Shown here: positions 58,472 to 64,000 of the stretch, piece by piece
Layout of the letters: every line of letters begins with the position of its first letter
Numbering within the stretch: the stretch's first letter is position 1
Assembly (NCBI GenBank): GCA_965112735.1
Contig: OZ218952.1
Location: 4,712,001 to 4,776,000 of the forward strand
DNA: 64,000 nt
Direction: 5' to 3'
DNA from: Phaeosaccion multiseriatum
Lineage: Eukaryota > Protista > Ochrophyta, other classes
Position numbers and translations under genes: made by a program
Notes under the pieces: generated by a model
Told to the model about the DNA's origin: nothing
What the model saw: only the letters and a program-made list of their open reading frames with translations
The model's database searches: none

Positions 58472-59268
58472 ACCTTGCGGTGGTGGTGGTCGCAGAGACG
58501 GGATAGGCATTGGGGATGTTGGAAGGTTACGGGATAGGCATTGGGGATGTTGGAAGGCCTCAGAGTGAGAAGGACCATAAGTCAATGGTCGGTGTGTCCT
58601 ATATTACGTAGATTCTGAGTGGAGGAGGACGTCAGAACGGTGATCTTGGTATAAGGAGAGCCTAGCAGCAGGGCTTGCAAACGGGTTCCATCCCGTATAA
58701 TATATCAAGTGTTACCACTTGTCTAAGCGGCTTAGGTCGCTTTTACAATGCACGACGATGTTCCTGCACTTCTTAAGGACTTTCTTTCTTCTTTCCAACG
58801 TCGCACACTGGCGGAGGACGCTAAACGCTTCCTTCGGTCTCGTGGCATCTCGACTCGACGTCGACCACGGACAGGCCGCCGATAAAGCTCCCTCACTGGG
58901 AACCCTTTTTTCGGTTTCTCTTACTCTTCGTACATGTACCCTTTTACTTTACTTCTAGATAATGGACGCTCATATTAGATGAGATTTCTCTTTCGAGGGG
59001 AAGTGTTGCCCTTGCATGCCTGTGCATCGATATAACGATCACAATATAGCATGCTATAGGCATATAGGCTCAAATGCCTCCACCCCTGGGGACCTGATAC
59101 TTGAATGGTATCTGGATCGCCCTCTCACTCTTCTAGATAAGCACCTTAACCTAAAGGAGACACAGGCCTCTGATTTGGACTGTGGCAAGGCCTCCAACTA
59201 TTCCAGCACTTGCATCTCTTATTGGTTAGGTTGTTAGTTGCTTGCTAGCAATAGCGAGACTGGTTACA

Positions 59269-60859
59269 GTGGCCCGTTTCTCACTCACCTCCCAGCAGGT
59301 TGGTCGTTTAGGATGGCTCACGGATAAAGCTAATAGAGACAAGGCTGGCTGCCAGGCTGGCTTTGGGGTTGCTGTTACCTTGTCCATGCGGCTACTCCTA
59401 TCCTAGGTGGAGAGCAACGTGACTCTTTACAGCCCCAAAGAATCCCGAAGGCAGCTGACCTTGGCCAAGAGGCTCAGGCAGCAGCTCGGTAGCTTTAAGT
59501 TTGCCGGGAGCGGTGCCTTACAGCGGGCACGGCTTTCGAGTGTGGCAGCTGCACGGATGTTGCTGTTACACGGAAAATGCTGCTGGAGCTTGGTGGGCAG
59601 TGGAGATGGAGAATTGCCGGGAGCGGTCACTTACAGCGGGCACGGCTTTCGAGTGTGGCAGCAGCACGGATATTGCTGTTACACGGAAATTGCTGCTGGA
59701 GCTTGGTGGGCCGTGGAGATAGAGAATTGCCGGGAGCAGTGCCTCACAGCGGGCATGGCTTTCGAGTGTGGCAGCAGCACGGATGTTGCTGTTGCACGGA
59801 AATTGCTGCTGGAGCTTGGTGGGCGGAGGAGACAGAGAACTGCCGGGAGTGGTGCCTTAGACAGCGGGCATGGCTTTCGAGTGTGGCAGCAGCACGGATG
59901 TTGCTGTTCCACGGAAATTGCTGCTGAAGCTTGGTGGGCCGTGGAGATAGAGAATTGCCGGGAGTGGTGCCTTAGACAGCGGGCATGGCTTTCGAGTGTG
60001 GCAGCTGCACGGATGTTGCTGTTACACGGAAATTGCTGCTGGAGCTTGGTGGGCCGTGGAGACAGAGAACTGCCGGGAGTGGTGCCTTAGACAGCGGGCA
60101 TGGCTTTCGAGTGTGGCAGCAGCACGGATGTTGCTGTTGCACGGAAATTGCTGCTGGAGCTTGGTGGGCCGTGGAGATAGAGAAATTGCCGAGAGCGGTG
60201 CCCTACAGCGGGCACGGCTTTCGAGTGTGGCAGCAGCGCGGCTGTTGCTGTTGCACGGAGCTTGGCGGGAGACAGAGAAGGATACTCGCAAGGCTGCTTT
60301 AGGGACTGTCTGGGTGCCTTGTAGGCACACCAGTAAACACTTGAGCAGTCAGCATTAGTGGTGCGCAACGAGGCTTTGGCAACGCTGGTGGCGAGTAGGA
60401 GTGGAGATAGAGAATTGCGCGGGTGAGTTTGAGTCATGGGATGTTCTCATCCGTGAGCCTGTGTGGGTGAGTTTGAGTCGTGGGGTTTTCTCACCAATAC
60501 AGGAGGGTGTGTGTTGGAGGAGCGGTCGCACACACCTGGGTGAGTTTTGCATATTTCTCATCCGTTTTTATTGGAAGCAACGTGGAGGCTTTTGCTACAA
60601 GTCGAGCTTTAGTAGGCGAACCCGCTTTGAGTTGCGTGGGGACACGCAATAGTTTAGTTCAGGGGGATGTTAGAGGTGCAGGGATGGCTGACGGGGATGT
60701 TGAAAGTCAGTATTATGTCAATGGCCCAGGCCCAGGCAAATACGGTGAGAAACGGTGCGTGGCCCGTTTCTCACTCACCTCCCAGCAGGTTGGTCGTTTA
60801 GGATGGCTCACGGATAAAGCTAATAGAGACAAGGCTGGCTGCCAGGCTGGCTTTGGGGT
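59269..60859 (+). mobile_element. B2: diverged family B element (5' LTR cut by D, 3' LTR cut at 60859)
   Basis: LTR remnants at 59269-59431 and 60698-60859. About 6 internal ~118-bp repeats at 59500-60250. Confidence 0.85.
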
Positions 60860-61111
60860 TGTAAAACGACGTACGCACGACCGACATGCGCTGTCGCCTA
60901 CAGATCGGATAGAACTAGACACACGGACAAAGTAACAGCAACCCCAAAGCCAGCCTAGCAGCCAGCCTTGCCTCTATTAACTTATCGCATGCTAGTCCTA
61001 AACGACCACCTTCGCACATAGGATAGTGAGAGCCACGCCACCCGTTCTCACTGTATCTGCCTGGGCCTGGGCCATTGACTTATGGCCCATCTCATGTGAG
61101 GCCTTCCAACA
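60860..61111 (-). mobile_element. B1-type LTR in inverted orientation abutting the satellite
   Basis: 252 bp, near-identical reverse complement of 51335-51586. Confidence 0.93.
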
Positions 61112-64000
61112 CCGGGGCTCACAGATGGGCCATTTCAACCCCACAGAACAGAGTGTACAATCCCACCGAGCACACCAGAGACGCCCGGCGGACTCATGAC
61201 GATCATGGTGGGACCATTTCACCCCCACTGGCCCAGAGAAAGCACAGTTCAACCCTCCCGTGTCGAAATCGGGCGCCAGATGACCCACCGGGGCTCACAG
61301 ATGGGCCATTTCAACCCCACAGAACAGAGTGTACAACCACACCGGGCACACCAGAGACGCACGGTGGACTCATGACGACCATGGTGGGACCATTTCAACC
61401 CCACCGGCCCAGAGAAAGCACTATTCAACCCTCCCGTGTCGCGATCGGGCGCCGAATGGCCCACCGGGGCTCACAGATGGGCCATTTCAACCCCATAGAA
61501 CAGAGTGTACAATCACACCGAGCTCACCCGAGACCCACGGCAGACTCATGACGACCATGGTGGGACCATTTCACCCCCAATGGCCCAGAGAAAGCCCAGT
61601 TCAACCCTCCCGTGTCGAAATCGGGCGCCAGATGACCCACCGGGGCTCACAGATGGGCCATTTCAACCCCACAGAACAGAGTGTACAACCACACCGGGCA
61701 CACCAGAGACGCACGGTGGACTCATGACGACCATGGTGGGACCATTTCAACCCCGCTGGCCCAGAGAAAGCACACTTCAACCCTCCCGTGTCGAAATCAG
61801 GCGCCAGATGACCCACCGGGGCTCACAGATGGGCCATTTCAACCCCACAGAACTGAGTGTACAATCCCACCGAGCACACCAGAAACGCCCGGCGGCCTCA
61901 TGACGACCATGGTGGGACCATTTCAACCCCGCTGGCCCAGAGAAAGCACACTTCAACCCTCCCGTGTCGAAATCAGGCGCCAGATGACCCACCGGGGCTC
62001 ACAGATGGGCCATTTCAACCCCACAGAACAGAGTGTACAATCCCACCGAGCACACCAGAGACGCCCGGTGGACTCATGACGACCATGGTGGGACCATTTC
62101 AACCCCGCTGGCCCAGAGAAAGCACACTTCAACCCTCCCGTGTCGCGATCGGGCGCCAGATGACCCACCGGGGCTCACAGATGGGCCATTTCAACCCCAC
62201 AGAACAGAGTGTACAACCACACCGAGCACACCAGAGACGCCCGGCAGACTCATGACGACCATGGTGGGACCATTTCAACCCCACTGGCCCAGAGAAAGCA
62301 CTCTTCAACCCTCCCGTGTCGAAATCAGGCGCCAGATGACCCACCGGGGCTCACAGATGGGCCATTTCAACCCCACAGGACAGAGTGTACAATCACACCA
62401 AGCACACCAGAGACGCAAGGCAGACTCATGACGACCATGGTGGGACCATTTCAACCCCGCTGGCCCAGAGAAAGCACACGTCAACCCTCCCGTGTCGAAA
62501 TCTGGCGCCAGATGACCCACCGGGGCTCACAGATGGGCCATTTCAACCCCACAGAACAGAGTGTACAACCCCACCGAGCACACCAGAGACGCCCGGCGGA
62601 CTCATGACGACCATGGTGGGACCACTTCACCACCAATGGCCCAGAGAAAGCACTCTTCAACCCTCCCGTGTCGAAATCTGGTGCCAGATGACCCACCGGG
62701 GCTCACAGATGGGCCATTTCAACCCCACAGAACAGAGTGTACAACCACACCGAGCACACCAGAAACGCACGGCAGACTCATGACGATCATGGTGGGACAA
62801 TTTCACCACCACTGGCCCAGAGAAAGCACAGTTCAACCCTCCCGTGTCGCGATCGGGCGCCAGATGACCCACCGGGGCTCACAGATGGGCCATTTCAACC
62901 CCACAGAACAGAGTGTACAACCATACAGGGCACACCAGAGACGCACGGCAGACTCATGACGACCATGGTGGGACCATTTCACCACCACTGGCCCAGAGAA
63001 AGCACACTTCAACCCTCCCGTGTCGAAATCAGGCGCCAGATGACCCACCGGGGCTCACAGATGGGCCATTTCAACCCCATACAACAGAGTGTACAACCAC
63101 ACCGAGCACACCAGAGACGCACGGCAGACTCATGACGACCATGGTGGGACCATTTCAACCCCGCTGGCCCAAAGAAAGCACACTTCAACCCTCCCGTGTC
63201 GAAATCGGGCGCCAGATGACCCACCGGGGCTCACAGATGGGCCATTTCAACCCCACCGAACAGAGTGTACAACCACACCGAGCACACCAGAGACGCCCGG
63301 CGGTCTCATGACGACCATGGTGGGACCACTTCACCACCAATGGCCCAGAGAAAGCACTCTTCAACCCTCCCGTGTCGAAATCGGGCGCCAGATGACCCAC
63401 CGGGGCTCACAGACGGGCCATTTCAACCCCATAGAACAGAGTGTACAATCACACCGAGCACACCAGAGACGCCCGGCGGACTCATGACGACCATGGGGGG
63501 ACCATTTCAACCCCGCAGGCCCAGAGAAAGCACAGTTCAACCCTCCCGTGTCGAAATCAGGCGCCAGATGACCCACCGGGGCTCACAGATAGGCCATTTC
63601 AACCCCACAGAACAGAGTGTACAATCACACCGAGCACACCAGAGACGCCCGGCGGACTCATGACGACCATGGTGGGACCATTTCAACCCCGCTGGCCCAG
63701 AGAAAGCACACTTCAACCCTCCCGTGTCAAAATCAGGCGCCAAATGACCCACCGGGGCTCACAGATGGGCCATTTCAACCCCACAGAACTGAGTGTACAA
63801 TCACACCGAGCACACCAGAGAGGCCTGATAGACTTATGACGACCATGGTGGGACCATTTCAACCCCGCTGGCCCAAAGAAAGCCCTCTTCAACCCTCCCG
63901 TGTCGAAATCAGGCGCCAGATGACCCACCGGGCTCACAGATGTACCATTTCAACCCCATACAACAGAGTGTACAACCACACCGAGCACACCCGAGACGCC
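61112..64000. repeat. 176-bp tandem satellite (>16 copies, runs off the window)
   Basis: Exact 176-nt periodicity; internal sub-repeats ccatttcaacccc / ttcaaccctccc. Confidence 0.98.

Larger units (their letters stand above)
44862..58747 (+). mobile_element. Element C: full-length Gypsy chromovirus with exonuclease-bearing Pol, interrupted by B1
   Basis: Apparently identical 200-bp LTRs at 44862-45061 and 58548-58747, flanked by ATGC on both sides. PPT region GGGATAGGCATTGGGGA is duplicated. Confidence 0.96.
35388..59268 (+). mobile_element. Element D: older Gypsy chromovirus, 5' part missing; host of E and both C copies
   Basis: Pol pieces 35388-36100, 42022-44861 and 58748-58885 rejoin (FRQVA|DYQEVN). 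PPT GAGGGGAAG. 3' LTR 59004-59268 (TGTT..TTACA). Confidence 0.88.

Noticed and set aside
59500-60250. ~118-bp repeats as CRISPR or tRNA/SINE array
   Set aside because: Whole units are homologous, there are no spacers, and TTTCGAGT is not a convincing B-box or cloverleaf
61112-64000. Repeated 132-aa/71-aa ORFs or a CRISPR-like array
   Set aside because: Tandem satellite with no unique spacers and no cas genes; the ORFs are by-products

Overview
Eukaryotic, GC-rich, almost entirely repeat-derived DNA; the organism cannot be named from the sequence. The window looks like two chromosome ends joined back-to-back. The left contig (1-20900) ends in about 5.6 kb of (TTAGGG)n. A 100-N gap follows, then a right contig starting with about 5.3 kb of (CCTGG)n, most likely nanopore-miscalled (CCCTAA)n. 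The left arm holds a degenerate spliced coiled-coil gene, a FAAL/PKS relic split by a deleted Copia element, microsatellites, and a non-coding LTR element (family B) carrying a Sola2-like DNA transposon. The right arm is a nested stack of Ty3/Gypsy chromoviruses, named A-E here, next to a 176-bp satellite; LTRs and 4-bp TSDs can be read directly for most of them. The main discovery is family C with its relatives A and B. (1) C's ~3,260-aa Pol carries an apparently intact DEDDy 3'-5' exonuclease between RNase H and integrase. (2) Gag and pol are in frame, separated by UGA-CGR plus a 31-nt hairpin that covaries between A and C, suggesting stop-codon readthrough. (3) A, B and C lack a tRNA PBS and instead have covarying LTR/PBS complementarity, suggesting Tf1-like self-priming. 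(4) Non-autonomous derivatives A and B share C's cis signals. A second Gypsy lineage (D, E) has a non-canonical RT motif, (Y/W)IDN.
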